Assembly: GCA_050951325.1 (NCBI GenBank) | Contig: JBMNIW010000003.1 | Location: forward strand, 224,001 to 288,000 | Direction of reading: 5' to 3' | Length of the DNA stretch: 64,000 nucleotides | Source of the DNA: Clostridia bacterium | GTDB taxonomy: Bacteria > Bacillota > Clostridia > UBA1212 > DUPL01 | Shown: piece by piece, positions 21,617 through 31,576 of the stretch | Layout of the letters: each line of letters begins with the position of its first letter | How positions within the stretch are numbered: position 1 is the first letter of the stretch | Translations under genes and position numbers: made by a program | Notes under the pieces: model-generated | What the model was told of the DNA's origin: nothing | Database searches by the model: none | Seen by the model: only the letters and a program-made list of their open reading frames with translations

Positions 21617-22494
21617 GCTGTCACTCTCCTCCTTTTGAATAAAACTACCGAGCATGCAATTGTAGCGCTTGCCATAACTAAAGACACCAGCGACAATCCG
21701 GTCTCAGGTTGAGGTTCAGGTTCTGTCTCAACTCCTGCAAGACTCTTTATGTCGTTTTCATTCAAGGCTTTGTTGTATACTCTAAGATCACTTATGAAGC
21801 CTTCAAATCCAAACATCTGCTCAACCAAAAGGCCAAGCATTACAGCTTCTCCAACACCATCTGCAACAGAGCCTTGTATCTCAATGGTTTTCATGTTTTC
21901 CCCGTCAACATAAAAGTTTGCAATTTGTCCATCAAATATTATTGCAATATGATGTAGCTCGTTATCATGGATATGTATGCCGGATTTCAAGTCTCCCAGA
22001 CTTGGAGCAAATAAGTTCAAATACCCGCTTTCAAGATACACTTCAAAATGACACTCTTCATCTTTTCTGCCTTTAGCAAAAAGAATCTCATAACCTTCAA
22101 AAGGAGCACTCTTTACATACATAGCTATGGTAAAGTTTGAACCTATGTTAACGTCCCAGTTATGCCTGTAAATGACCGCTCCTCTTGTTATAGAAATTCC
22201 TTTATGACCGTCTACTGTTTCAAAGGCCACACCTGCATCAGGTAGTATAAAATCCCCCGCACCTTCCACACTGTTGGTGCCGTCAGACTCCAGCTTCCAA
22301 TGCGAAATCAATCCTTTGTCAGCAGCATCAACAGCCAGTGTCAGCGACATGGTTACAAGAATAATTAAACCAAGTGAAAGCAACTTCTTAAAAGAATATC
22401 CGAACAGGGCTATACCTCCTTGAAATCTCTTATGCTTTATATTTCCTCTCCTTTCAGTTAAACCTATTTTTATATATATGAGAGTAATTGTCAA
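21613..22494 (-). CDS. Surface LamG protein with QPETG sortase-like anchor (start uncertain)
   Basis: FTIAMYVK, HHIAIIFDG..FYVDG, SDLRVYNKAL; QPETG, hydrophobic stretch, KRRR tail. A strong RBS near 22415 suggests a later start. Confidence 0.8.
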   Translation of the reverse strand: MTITLIYIKIGLTERRGNIKHKRFQGGIALFGYSFKKLLSLGLIILVTMSLTLAVDAADKGLISHWKLESDGTNSVEGAGDFILPDAGVAFETVDGHKGISITRGAVIYRHNWDVNIGSNFTIAMYVKSAPFEGYEILFAKGRKDEECHFEVYLESGYLNLFAPSLGDLKSGIHIHDNELHHIAIIFDGQIANFYVDGENMKTIEIQGSVADGVGEAVMLGLLVEQMFGFEGFISDLRVYNKALNENDIKSLAGVETEPEPQPETGLSLVSLVMASATIACSVVLFKRRRVTA

Positions 22495-22510
22495 TACCTT
22501 CTAAGCAACA

Positions 22511-22546
22511 AAAAAACTCCTCATACCGTACGGCATGAGGAGTTTT
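22511..22546 (-). terminator. Intrinsic terminator after adhE
   Basis: AAAACTCCTCAT..ATGAGGAGTTTT hairpin. Confidence 0.75.
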
Positions 22547-22560
22547 CACATTCAGTTTGC

Positions 22561-23844
22561 TTATTCACCATAGTAAGCGTTCAGGTACATTTGACGCATC
22601 TCGCTCATAAGGGGGTATCTTGGATTTGCGCCCGTGCACTGGTCATCAAAGGCCTGTTCCACCATGTCATCAAGTTTTGCAAGGAATTCCGATTCATCTA
22701 TTCCATAATCCCTGATCGTCTTCTTGATGCCTACCTTTTCCTTCAAATCATCTATCGCCTTAAGGAGATTCTCAAACTTTTCATCATCATTCTTTCCTTT
22801 TATACCAACGAAGTTTGCAATCTCAACGTATCTGTCTTTTGCATGTGGATATGCATACTGCGGGAATGTACCCATCTTGACAGGTTTCTCAACGCTGTTG
22901 AATTTTATAACTTCCTTAATCATGAGTGCATTTGCAACACCATGAGGCAGGTGGAAGAACGCACCAAGTTTATGTGCCATTGAGTGGCAGATTCCGAGGA
23001 ATGCGTTTGCAAAAGCCATGCCGGCTATTGTTGATGCATTAGCCATCTTCTCCCTGGCCTCCACATCCTTGCTGCCATTTTCATAAGCTCTTGGCAGGTA
23101 ATCGAATATGAGCTTTATGGCGGTGAGTGCCAGTCCGTTCGTGTAGTCGGTTGCCAACATGGATGCATATGCCTCAAGGCTGTGAGTCAATGCATCTATA
23201 CCCGATGCAGCGGTCAACCCTTTTGGCATCGACATCATCAGGTCTACATCGATGATTGCCATGTCAGGCAGCAGTTCGTAGTCTGCAAGAGGATACTTGA
23301 TGCTGGTCTTTTCGTCGGTTATAACAGCGAAAGGAGTAACTTCCGAACCAGTACCAGCGGTGGTTGGAATTGCAATGAAGTATGCCTTCTCTCCCATCTT
23401 GGGGAAAGTGTAAACCCTCTTTCTGATATCCATGAACACCATCGCCATGTCATGGAAGTCAACATCCGGATGCTCATAGAGAACCCACATGATTTTCGCA
23501 GCATCCATTGCAGAACCTCCACCTATTGCAATAATGCAGTCAGGTTCGAAGGAACGCATTGCAGCAGTACCCTTTAACGCATTCTCAAGAGTCGGATCAG
23601 GCTGCACATCATAGAAGGTTGTATGATTTATACCCATCTCGTCAAGTTTGTCGGTAACTACCTTTGTATAGCCATTCTTGTACAGGAAACCGTCCGTAAC
23701 TATGAACACTCTCTTCTTGTTCAAAACTTCCTTGAGTTCCATCAAGGCGACAGGCAGGCAACCTTTCTTGAAATAAACCTTTTCAGGGGTCCTGAACCAA
23801 AGCATATTCTCTCTCCTTTTTGCAACAGTCTTAATGTTAATCAA
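22561..23844 (-). CDS. adhE: Iron-dependent alcohol dehydrogenase half of AdhE (split gene)
   Basis: RRENMLWFR, GGGSAMDAAK, PTTAGTGSEVT, DALTHSLE, HSMAHKLG, DDQCTGANPRYP. Confidence 0.9.
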   Translation of the reverse strand: MINIKTVAKRRENMLWFRTPEKVYFKKGCLPVALMELKEVLNKKRVFIVTDGFLYKNGYTKVVTDKLDEMGINHTTFYDVQPDPTLENALKGTAAMRSFEPDCIIAIGGGSAMDAAKIMWVLYEHPDVDFHDMAMVFMDIRKRVYTFPKMGEKAYFIAIPTTAGTGSEVTPFAVITDEKTSIKYPLADYELLPDMAIIDVDLMMSMPKGLTAASGIDALTHSLEAYASMLATDYTNGLALTAIKLIFDYLPRAYENGSKDVEAREKMANASTIAGMAFANAFLGICHSMAHKLGAFFHLPHGVANALMIKEVIKFNSVEKPVKMGTFPQYAYPHAKDRYVEIANFVGIKGKNDDEKFENLLKAIDDLKEKVGIKKTIRDYGIDESEFLAKLDDMVEQAFDDQCTGANPRYPLMSEMRQMYLNAYYGE

Positions 23845-23876
23845 GATGCTTTACTCCGACGTTTTCGGATACGGAG

Positions 23877-25151
23877 TTACCTCCCCATGAACCACAGCCC
23901 AAGTGTAAGGGATGGAGCAAGCTTGAAGTTGTAAAGGTCACCTATTCCACCATGGGAGGATGGAGTGTTGACAAGTATTCTGCAGGTTTTCATTCTGCGT
24001 GCAAAATTCTCAAGCTTTTCTTTTTCAGCAGCTTCATTCAGGTATATTGAAGCGGTGTGGCCAAGTCCTCCGTCTTTAACCAGCACACTGGCCTTGTCAA
24101 GAGCATCCTCGAAGTTTTCAGCTCTGTACATTGCAAGTACCGGTGACAGCTTCTCGTAAGCAAATTCTTCATTCAAGGATACATCGGTAACTTCACCTAT
24201 CAGTATCTTTGCATCAGCAGGTACTTCGATTCCTGAAAGTTCTCCAATCTTGTGAGCGGACTGGCCAACTATTTTGGCATTCAAGGAACCATTTATAATT
24301 ATAGTCTTTCTAACCTTGTCAATCTCATTATCGCCAAGGATGTAGCATCCTCTTTTTGCAAACTCCTCTTTTACTTTGTCATAAATACTGTCAAGAACAA
24401 TAACCGACTGCTCGGATGCGCAAATCATTCCATTGTCAAAAGTCTTGGAATGTATAATTGAGTTGACTGCAAGAACCAAATCTGCAGAATCGTCAATTAT
24501 TGCAGGAACGTTTCCTGGGCCAACACCTATAGCAGGTTTACCTGAGGAATATGCCGCCTTGACCATGCCGGGACCACCTGTTGCAAGGATAAGGTCGCAG
24601 TTGGCCATTATGTAGTTTGTCATTTCCAGTGATGGAACGTCTATCCATGCAATAATGTCTTCAGGAGCACCTGCCTTCACTGCAGCTTCGTATACGATTT
24701 TAGCAGCCTCGATTGTGCATTTCTTCGCTCTTGGATGAGGACTGATAATTATGCCATTTCTAGTCTTCAATGCAATTAAAGCTTTGAATATTGCAGTTGA
24801 TGTAGGATTGGTGGTTGGTATTACTGCCGCAAGTACTCCTACCGGTTCTGCAATTTGCACAATACCAAAAGATTCATCCTCTTGGATTACTCCACAAGTC
24901 TTTACATGTTTGTATGCATTGTATATATATTCGGAGGCATAGTGGTTTTTAATAACTTTGTCTTCCACAACGCCCATTCCGGTTTCTTCAACAGCCATCT
25001 TTGCAAGAGGTATTCTTTTCTTGTTTGCAGCCATTGCCGCTTCATAGAAAATTCTGTCTACCTGCTCTTGCGTAAACCCAGCAAACTTTTCTTGTGCTTC
25101 TTTTACTTTCGCCAGCTTTTCAGTTAAAGCTTCTATGCTGTTAATAATCAT
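23877..25151 (-). CDS. adhE: Acetaldehyde-CoA dehydrogenase half of AdhE (split by frameshifts)
   Basis: PTTNPTST, ATGGPGMV, FDNGMICASEQ, EKLSPVLA, LAPSLTLG; AAGGAGG RBS before ATG at 25151. Confidence 0.9.
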   Translation of the reverse strand: MIINSIEALTEKLAKVKEAQEKFAGFTQEQVDRIFYEAAMAANKKRIPLAKMAVEETGMGVVEDKVIKNHYASEYIYNAYKHVKTCGVIQEDESFGIVQIAEPVGVLAAVIPTTNPTSTAIFKALIALKTRNGIIISPHPRAKKCTIEAAKIVYEAAVKAGAPEDIIAWIDVPSLEMTNYIMANCDLILATGGPGMVKAAYSSGKPAIGVGPGNVPAIIDDSADLVLAVNSIIHSKTFDNGMICASEQSVIVLDSIYDKVKEEFAKRGCYILGDNEIDKVRKTIIINGSLNAKIVGQSAHKIGELSGIEVPADAKILIGEVTDVSLNEEFAYEKLSPVLAMYRAENFEDALDKASVLVKDGGLGHTASIYLNEAAEKEKLENFARRMKTCRILVNTPSSHGGIGDLYNFKLAPSLTLGLWFMGR

Positions 25152-25197
25152 AATCTTTTTCCTCCTTGTCACTTGTAAATAAATAACAATCCAAACT

Positions 25198-25303
25198 TTG
25201 TTATTTATTTAACAATATTATATGTTCTGCCTATACAGGTGTCAATACAAGATTGTTAAGAATTTATCATTCTTGTATGTCCTATTTGTTAATCTTTTAA
25301 CAA
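25198..25303 (-). promoter_or_regulatory. adhE sigma-A promoter with three Rex boxes
   Basis: TTGACA (25245-25240), 17 nt, TATAAT (25222-25217). Three 18-bp TTGTTA..TAACAA-type palindromes at 25198-25215, 25253-25270 and 25286-25303. Confidence 0.85.
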
Positions 25304-25365
25304 TGTCGTTTTTATATAAAACTGTTTAATTTGATTAACAAAACTTGCACTTCCTCCACTATAGC

Positions 25366-25392
25366 AAAAAACCCGCCAAAATTGGCGGGTTC
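25366..25392 (-). terminator. Intrinsic terminator after the phosphotransferase gene
   Basis: AAACCCGCCAA..TTGGCGGGTTT hairpin. Confidence 0.75.
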
Positions 25393-25405
25393 TCAATATT
25401 TCCAT

Positions 25406-26134
25406 TTAATAATATTCAACAACATTAATAAGGTCATGGAACTTGTCCTTCTTGCCATGCATGCTTGCTGCTACAATTGGCAGCCATTTCTGAACATAGG
25501 CTTTTGGAGTGCAGGTGAATTCACAGAATTTGCTTAAGTAAAGTTCCGCCAGTTCTTCATTCTCCATTCTAAGAATTAAATAAGTGTTTGCCACATCCGC
25601 ACTTGCATTACCCAGAAGCGCATTCTCCCACTCCAGAATAAATACTTCCTTTTCATTCTTTATTACATTGTTAAAATTGTAGTTCATGTGACAAAGTTTT
25701 GTGTGTTTTGGCATTCCCTCAAGACGTGCCAATAATTCATATTTATTGACATCGTCAAGCTCGGGGTTTGAATTTATAAGGGAAGACAGCTTTTCATAAA
25801 GACTGTCAAGACCCTCAACTCTTGCAACATGAATTTCAATCTGAATATCCACAAACTCTTCCACAAGTTCCTCTTTTTTATCTGGATTAAGAAAAATAAG
25901 GTCGTTGTATGTTTGTCCTTCGACATAATCCATAATTAAAGCCCATCTGCCGTCTATCAATGAGATTTCACGCAGTTCAGGAACATTTATTTTGGCTTCC
26001 TCAACAATGGTGTGATTCAACGCCTCACCAAGTACCCTTCTTTTTGGCACATGTTCCTTGAAGAGTTTTACAACCCTTCCGTTTTCTACATAAACATCAG
26101 CAATCTTGCTTCTACTTGCACAATCCATAGCCAT
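25406..26134 (-). CDS. Aminoglycoside/choline phosphotransferase (APH)-family protein with degenerate catalytic motifs
   Basis: VVKLF, VPEL, IMDYVEG, LCHMNYNFNNV, ILEWENA..GNASADVA. Confidence 0.75.
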   Translation of the reverse strand: MAMDCASRSKIADVYVENGRVVKLFKEHVPKRRVLGEALNHTIVEEAKINVPELREISLIDGRWALIMDYVEGQTYNDLIFLNPDKKEELVEEFVDIQIEIHVARVEGLDSLYEKLSSLINSNPELDDVNKYELLARLEGMPKHTKLCHMNYNFNNVIKNEKEVFILEWENALLGNASADVANTYLILRMENEELAELYLSKFCEFTCTPKAYVQKWLPIVAASMHGKKDKFHDLINVVEYY

Positions 26135-26219
26135 CTTCCTTTCCGATTATCTCTACTATATTATACCATACAAAATTCTTCGTTCCAACAATAAAAAAAG
26201 AGCACACATCCACGTGCTC

Positions 26220-27356
26220 CTAACTATTGATAAACAACTTGTTAATCAGAGGTTTTTTTATGCTTACAGCTTTAAATGGACACAATTCCTGACAGCAGTA
26301 GCATCTAATGCAATGAACTAAGTCAACCTCAGCGCATTTGCCCTTTTCAACAGTGATTACTTTTGCGGGGCAGCATTTTGCACATTCGCCGCATGACTTG
26401 CAAAGCTTTTTATCAAATACAGGTTTGGGGCTAATGATATTCGTAAGCCATTTGCCCAGCCTGCCTTTAAAAAAGTAAAGGCTCTTAGATTCATGGTAGT
26501 TTATTATAAAATCCTTTACTTCACACTCCTCTAAATCCTCCCCTAAAATCTCAACTTCCTCATGACTTGCAGGACACAACCCCCTCCTTATGGCATTTCT
26601 TAGTACGGGAATTCTCATAATATCAGCCTTGATTAGGGTTGCAGCAATGCTATCAACCTTAAAAGGATCATCCCCTGCTATTATCAAGTCCATCTTTTTA
26701 GGATCACCTGCGGTAGGTCCGTCCTTCTCCATGCCCACTATTGCATCAATAATATTTATCTGTGGATCTGCGGCAAGACAAATGTCGATAATACAGTTTG
26801 CAAAGCTGTCATAGTCAGGCATATTGAAATGGTATTCAGCCTTCTTCAATCCTGCAATACAGCCAAACATGTTCTTTACACTTCCAGTATACGCCATCAT
26901 GCCATGGGTCTTCAATTTTGCAATATTGACAACAAGGTCAGCATTGACTATAGGGGTGATAAGATTCATCCTCTTTATGTACTCATTGTCCTCGCATTCA
27001 ACTTCAGCTTCAGTCAAATCATAGTTCAGCAAAGCACCAGCCATTTCAGCTGCTTCTTCTATCCCTGTAGTTTTGTAGATTCCCTTAAGTATTTTCTTGT
27101 CATACAAGCCTCCAGGACTTTCTGCAATCAAAACCTTTGCACCGCTCTCTACAAACAACCTTGCCACTGCATATACAAGAGATGGATGTGTTGTTGCAGC
27201 CTCCTCTGGTTTCTTTTTTGCCACCAGATTAGGCTTGATGCATACATTCAATTCGGGCTTTAAATACTTGTCATAACCCAAATGCTGAAACATCTCTTTT
27301 ATCTTTTCATAGACTACTTCATAGTCATATGTATCACATTTCTGAACATATACCAT
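26220..27356 (-). CDS. DUF362 protein with C-terminal 2x[4Fe-4S] ferredoxin domain
   Basis: IKPNLV, ATTHP, KLKTH, GSVKNMFG, DGPTAG; two CxxCxxCxxxCP motifs. Confidence 0.9.
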   Translation of the reverse strand: MVYVQKCDTYDYEVVYEKIKEMFQHLGYDKYLKPELNVCIKPNLVAKKKPEEAATTHPSLVYAVARLFVESGAKVLIAESPGGLYDKKILKGIYKTTGIEEAAEMAGALLNYDLTEAEVECEDNEYIKRMNLITPIVNADLVVNIAKLKTHGMMAYTGSVKNMFGCIAGLKKAEYHFNMPDYDSFANCIIDICLAADPQINIIDAIVGMEKDGPTAGDPKKMDLIIAGDDPFKVDSIAATLIKADIMRIPVLRNAIRRGLCPASHEEVEILGEDLEECEVKDFIINYHESKSLYFFKGRLGKWLTNIISPKPVFDKKLCKSCGECAKCCPAKVITVEKGKCAEVDLVHCIRCYCCQELCPFKAVSIKKPLINKLFINS

Positions 27357-27996
27357 TATATCCACCCATGTTATCTTTAATAATTTCGGCAAGACTCCGT
27401 ATAGCCTTTGCCCTGTGGCTTATCCTATTCTTCTTGTAGCTATCAAGCTGTGCAACGGTACAACTCTCTTCAGGCAAATAAAATACAGGATCGTATCCAA
27501 ACCCGTTGCAGCCAACTGGTTGTAAAGATATATAGCCGTGAAGTCTTCCTTGTGTGGAAAATATCTTTCCATCGTCACGTATTGCAGCAATGGAACATTC
27601 AAAATATGCTTTTCTATTTTCGTTTGGAATGCCTTCCATCTCCATCAAAAGTTTCTTTATATTATCCTCATCTGCAGCGTCATTTCCATCTACTGATGCG
27701 TATCTTGCAGAATATATTCCAGGCCTTCCTTCAAGAGCATCAACACAGAGACCAGAATCATCCGCAATCACCAAGTATGGTAATTGCAGTATTCCGCTCT
27801 TTTTAACAACATCAAATATTCCTTTTGCCTTGATATATGCGTTTTCAGAAAATGTAGTGCCATTTTCCTCCGGAAACTCGTGAACACCAGCATCCTTTGC
27901 GGATATAACTTCTGCAGAAACTCCGCAATCCTTTAGGATGCTTTGCATTTCACGAACTTTGTTATTGTTTTGTGTGGCCAAAACTACCTTAAGCAT
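27334..27996 (-). CDS. rdgB: dITP/XTP pyrophosphatase
   Basis: ATQNNNK, ADDSGL, PGIYSARY, GFGYDPVF, KNRISHR. Confidence 0.95.
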   Translation of the reverse strand: MLKVVLATQNNNKVREMQSILKDCGVSAEVISAKDAGVHEFPEENGTTFSENAYIKAKGIFDVVKKSGILQLPYLVIADDSGLCVDALEGRPGIYSARYASVDGNDAADEDNIKKLLMEMEGIPNENRKAYFECSIAAIRDDGKIFSTQGRLHGYISLQPVGCNGFGYDPVFYLPEESCTVAQLDSYKKNRISHRAKAIRSLAEIIKDNMGGYNGICSEM

Positions 27997-28802
27997 TATT
28001 TTGCTCCATATATTACTTTGCCAAGAACATCGTTTATTGGAACGGGTCCTATTGCTCTGCTGTCTTCACTGTGATTTCTATTGTCGCCCATGCAGTAAAT
28101 CTCGCCTTCTTTAACCACAATTCTGGTCAAATCTCCATCACCCATGGAAGGAGGAACAAGATTTTTGTATGTTATCGGGCTTGCACTGTTGACATAATCC
28201 TCTTCAAGAAGTTCGCCGTTTCTGTAGAGTTTTCCATCCTTTATTTCAAGTACATCTCCCGGAACTCCAATAACTCTCTTTATCCAATATTTATTTGACT
28301 TTTCTGTTTTGAAGAACTTCTGGGTAATCATGTTGTACTTTACCGACTCCTTAATTTCAGTAAAGAAATTTCTTTTTTCCAGAGTAGAATCAAATACAAC
28401 TATATCTCCATGTTTGGGCTTGCCAAAGATGTACGGCATTCTGGAAATGAAAACCACATCCCCCTGTTCCAGAGTTGGATACATGGACCTTCCAAATACT
28501 TCGCTTGCCCTAATTACATACGAATTGATAATTATAGCTATGAAAAATGCAAGAACAATTGTCCATACCCAGCTCATTATGCTTTTCAACACTTTCATGT
28601 ACGAAAGTGTAACCGATTTAACTTCAACCGTCTCTTTTTCCTCTTCCGCCAACTCTTCCGTATTTTCATTTTCATCAACGGCATCTTCACCAATATCTTC
28701 GGCTGGACCTTCATCTACCGTTTCGTTATTTTCCAATTCTCTGGAGATTATTGACTCTTCCTCAAAAGACTCAAATCCGCTTGACATATTCTCTTTCTCC
28801 AT
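27996..28802 (-). CDS. lepB: Signal peptidase I with acidic N-terminal extension
   Basis: GRSMYPTL, IKRVIGVPGD, MGDNRNHSEDSR. Confidence 0.93.
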   Translation of the reverse strand: MEKENMSSGFESFEEESIISRELENNETVDEGPAEDIGEDAVDENENTEELAEEEKETVEVKSVTLSYMKVLKSIMSWVWTIVLAFFIAIIINSYVIRASEVFGRSMYPTLEQGDVVFISRMPYIFGKPKHGDIVVFDSTLEKRNFFTEIKESVKYNMITQKFFKTEKSNKYWIKRVIGVPGDVLEIKDGKLYRNGELLEEDYVNSASPITYKNLVPPSMGDGDLTRIVVKEGEIYCMGDNRNHSEDSRAIGPVPINDVLGKVIYGAK

Positions 28803-28824
28803 AACATTTTCCTTTCATCACAAA

Positions 28825-29346
28825 CTATTTTTCATACAAAGATTTTATACAACCACAGTATTTTTGTCTATACAATCTCATTTCCCGGGCCTGTTTCTGA
28901 CCTTCTCTAAAACCTTTGGAAAAATCCCTGTATACAAATATCAAATCGTTTTTATCTGCAAATCTTTCTCCAATTTCCTTAATCATCTCATGGTCCTGAT
29001 AAGGACTAACCAAAAGCGTAGTGGTGAAATGGGTAAAACCCTTTTCCTTTGCATAATTTGCTACCCTTTCTAGTCTTATAGTATAGCACATTTTGCACCT
29101 TGATTTTCTATCCTGCTCATATTTTTCCCATTTTTCCATATCAAAATCATCCACACAAACAAGAGGTACATCCTTGTTTTTCAAAGCTATCTGAGCATTC
29201 TCCATCCTTCTTTGGAATTCATCATAAGGGTGAATATTTGGATTTGCAAACATGCCTGTAATTTTGCAATCCTTGAAAGTTTCCCTTATGTCATCTATAA
29301 CATACAGGCTGCAAGGTCCGCAGCATACATGTAAAAGCAGGTTCAA
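28825..29346 (-). CDS. queH: Epoxyqueuosine reductase QueH
   Basis: LLHVCCGPCS, NPNIHP, RCKMCY, TTLLVSPYQ, YRQKYCGC. Confidence 0.93.
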   Translation of the reverse strand: MNLLLHVCCGPCSLYVIDDIRETFKDCKITGMFANPNIHPYDEFQRRMENAQIALKNKDVPLVCVDDFDMEKWEKYEQDRKSRCKMCYTIRLERVANYAKEKGFTHFTTTLLVSPYQDHEMIKEIGERFADKNDLIFVYRDFSKGFREGQKQAREMRLYRQKYCGCIKSLYEK

Positions 29347-29348
29347 TT

Positions 29349-30404
29349 TTATTCCTCCTTGAGCAAATCAAAAATTTCAAGCTGTTGACTGCTTTCATGA
29401 TCATGAGGAATCCCAAGATGAGTATACGCAGAATGTGTCGCAATCCTTCCTCTTGGTGTCTTTGCAAGAAACCCAAGCTGAATAAGATAAGGTTCGTATA
29501 CATCCTCAATTGTTGTAATTTCTTCACCCGTTGCGGCAGCCAACGTCTCCAGTCCTACAGGTCCTCCATCAAACTTTAATATTATCGTACTTAAAAGATT
29601 TCTATCCACATGATCTAGACCCAGCTTGTCGACTTCAAGTGAATCCAGACTCTTTATTGAAATTTCGTGCGTTATGTCTCCATCGCCTTTTATCTGAGCA
29701 AAGTCTCTAACTCTTCTAAGCAGTCTGTTTGCTATTCTTGGAGTACCCCTTGACCTCAAAGCAATTTCTTTTGCCCCATCATCATCTATTTTAACACCAA
29801 GAATACCGGCAGATCTTTTAACTATAGAGGCTAGCTCCTTCACGGTATACATCTCCAGCCTGCTTATAACACCGAACCTGTCTCTTAATGGTGCAGTAAG
29901 CAAACCTGCCCTTGTTGTTGCTCCTACCAATGTAAATCTTGGGAGATCAATTCTCAATGACCTTGCAGCAGGTCCTTTGCCCATAATAATATCGAAAGCA
30001 AAGTCCTCCATGGCAGGATAAAGAATCTCCTCAACTGTTCTGTTCAATCTGTGAATCTCGTCAATGAACAAAACATCAAACTCATTCAGGTTTGTAAGTA
30101 TGCCGGCCAAATCCCCAGCCTTCTCTATGGCAGGCCCTGATGTAATTCTTAAGTTTACACCCATTTCACTTGCAATAATGCCAGCCAGGGTGGTTTTTCC
30201 AAGTCCAGGCGGTCCGTAAAGCAGCACATGATCAAGAGGTTCGCTTCTTTGTTTAGCAGCTTCAATGAATATGGAAAGATTATTTTTTATCTTCTCCTGT
30301 CCTATATATTCACCAAACCTCTTCGGCCTAAGACTGCTTTCATCAATGTCATCAGCTGAAATGTCCGGAGAAACTATTCTTTTTTCCTCATTAAAATCAA
30401 CCAT
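29349..30404 (-). CDS. ruvB: Holliday junction branch migration ATPase RuvB
   Basis: [37 protein letters not shown]. Confidence 0.98.
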   Translation of the reverse strand: MVDFNEEKRIVSPDISADDIDESSLRPKRFGEYIGQEKIKNNLSIFIEAAKQRSEPLDHVLLYGPPGLGKTTLAGIIASEMGVNLRITSGPAIEKAGDLAGILTNLNEFDVLFIDEIHRLNRTVEEILYPAMEDFAFDIIMGKGPAARSLRIDLPRFTLVGATTRAGLLTAPLRDRFGVISRLEMYTVKELASIVKRSAGILGVKIDDDGAKEIALRSRGTPRIANRLLRRVRDFAQIKGDGDITHEISIKSLDSLEVDKLGLDHVDRNLLSTIILKFDGGPVGLETLAAATGEEITTIEDVYEPYLIQLGFLAKTPRGRIATHSAYTHLGIPHDHESSQQLEIFDLLKEE

Positions 30405-30416
30405 TGTGCCTCCCTA

Positions 30417-31019
30417 TCAACCATGCATGTTCCTTAATGCCAGTTTGACCGTCTCTTCAAGAGTCAGACCTTTCTGATAAACTTTTCTTACTGCGCTGGC
30501 AGATTCTTTTGCACTGTAACCAAGAACCATCAATGCAGAAATTGCATCCTTTTCAATATTGCCCTCTATCATGACACCAACTGTTTCTGCTGTTTCGATT
30601 TGATCTATATCCATGCTTTTCTTTATCTTGTCTTTCAGTTCCAGTATGATTCTCTGAGCCAACTTGGGACCTATGCCTTTGCTTTTTGCAATGGTCTTGT
30701 AATCTTCTGTAGCCACCGCAAGACCAAGCTCAGACGATGTAAGGGTAGAAAGCACATTGAGAGCCATCTTGGGCCCCACTCCGCTAACGGTTATCAGCAT
30801 CTCGAAACTTGAAAGCTCTTCCCTTGTAGCAAAACCATACAATGTTATTTCGTTTTCCTTTACATTCATGTGGGTATGAACAGTCACTTGCCTGTTTGTC
30901 TCACCCAACGCGGCTACTGTATTCATCGAAACATTTATTTTAAAACCAATTCCACCTACTTCAACAACTACATAGTCCAAACCCTTGTGAACCAAATTCC
31001 CTTTTATAAACTCAAACAT
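30417..31019 (-). CDS. ruvA: Holliday junction DNA-binding protein RuvA
   Basis: LYGF, VSGVGPKMAL, GIGPKLAQRIILELKDK. Confidence 0.97.
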   Translation of the reverse strand: MFEFIKGNLVHKGLDYVVVEVGGIGFKINVSMNTVAALGETNRQVTVHTHMNVKENEITLYGFATREELSSFEMLITVSGVGPKMALNVLSTLTSSELGLAVATEDYKTIAKSKGIGPKLAQRIILELKDKIKKSMDIDQIETAETVGVMIEGNIEKDAISALMVLGYSAKESASAVRKVYQKGLTLEETVKLALRNMHG

Positions 31020-31075
31020 GGCATTTCCTTTCTAATATTTATCAGAGAATATAATACAGCCTGCAAGAAAATTTA

Positions 31076-31576
31076 TCAAATCCTTTTTGCAGTAAGCAGC
31101 GAATGTGCATGACAAATAGCCACCGCCAATGCATCCGCCGCATCGTCCGGCTTTGGTATCTCATTAAGATTTAATATAATCTTGATCATTTGCTGCACCT
31201 GTCCCTTTGCTGCTCTTCCATAACCAACAACCGCCTGCTTTACCTGAAGCGGCGTATACTCATATACAGGCAGATCCTTAGCGGAAGCGCAAAGAACACA
31301 AACTCCCCTTCCCTGGGCTGCCGCTATTACAGTTTTTGCATTGGTGTTGAAAAACAAATCCTCAATGCTGCAGCAATCCGGCTTGTACATATCTATTATC
31401 TTCTTAAGTTGCACGTCTATCTTCTTCAATCTGTCTGAAAAAAGTTCTTTTGCATCAGTCCTTATGACACCATAGTCAATAGGCTTGAAACTGTTGTTCT
31501 TGTATTCAACAAGACCATAACCAACTATAGCAAATCCCGGGTCAATCCCTAATATAACCAATACAAAACACCTCAA
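31076..31576 (-). CDS. ruvC: Crossover junction endodeoxyribonuclease RuvC
   Basis: ILGIDPG, EYTPLQVK, PDDAADALAVA. Confidence 0.97.
   Translation of the reverse strand: MRCFVLVILGIDPGFAIVGYGLVEYKNNSFKPIDYGVIRTDAKELFSDRLKKIDVQLKKIIDMYKPDCCSIEDLFFNTNAKTVIAAAQGRGVCVLCASAKDLPVYEYTPLQVKQAVVGYGRAAKGQVQQMIKIILNLNEIPKPDDAADALAVAICHAHSLLTAKRI

Noticed and set aside
23840-23905. Programmed ribosomal frameshifting in adhE
   Set aside because: Two successive shifts would be needed and no slippery heptamer or stimulatory structure is evident.
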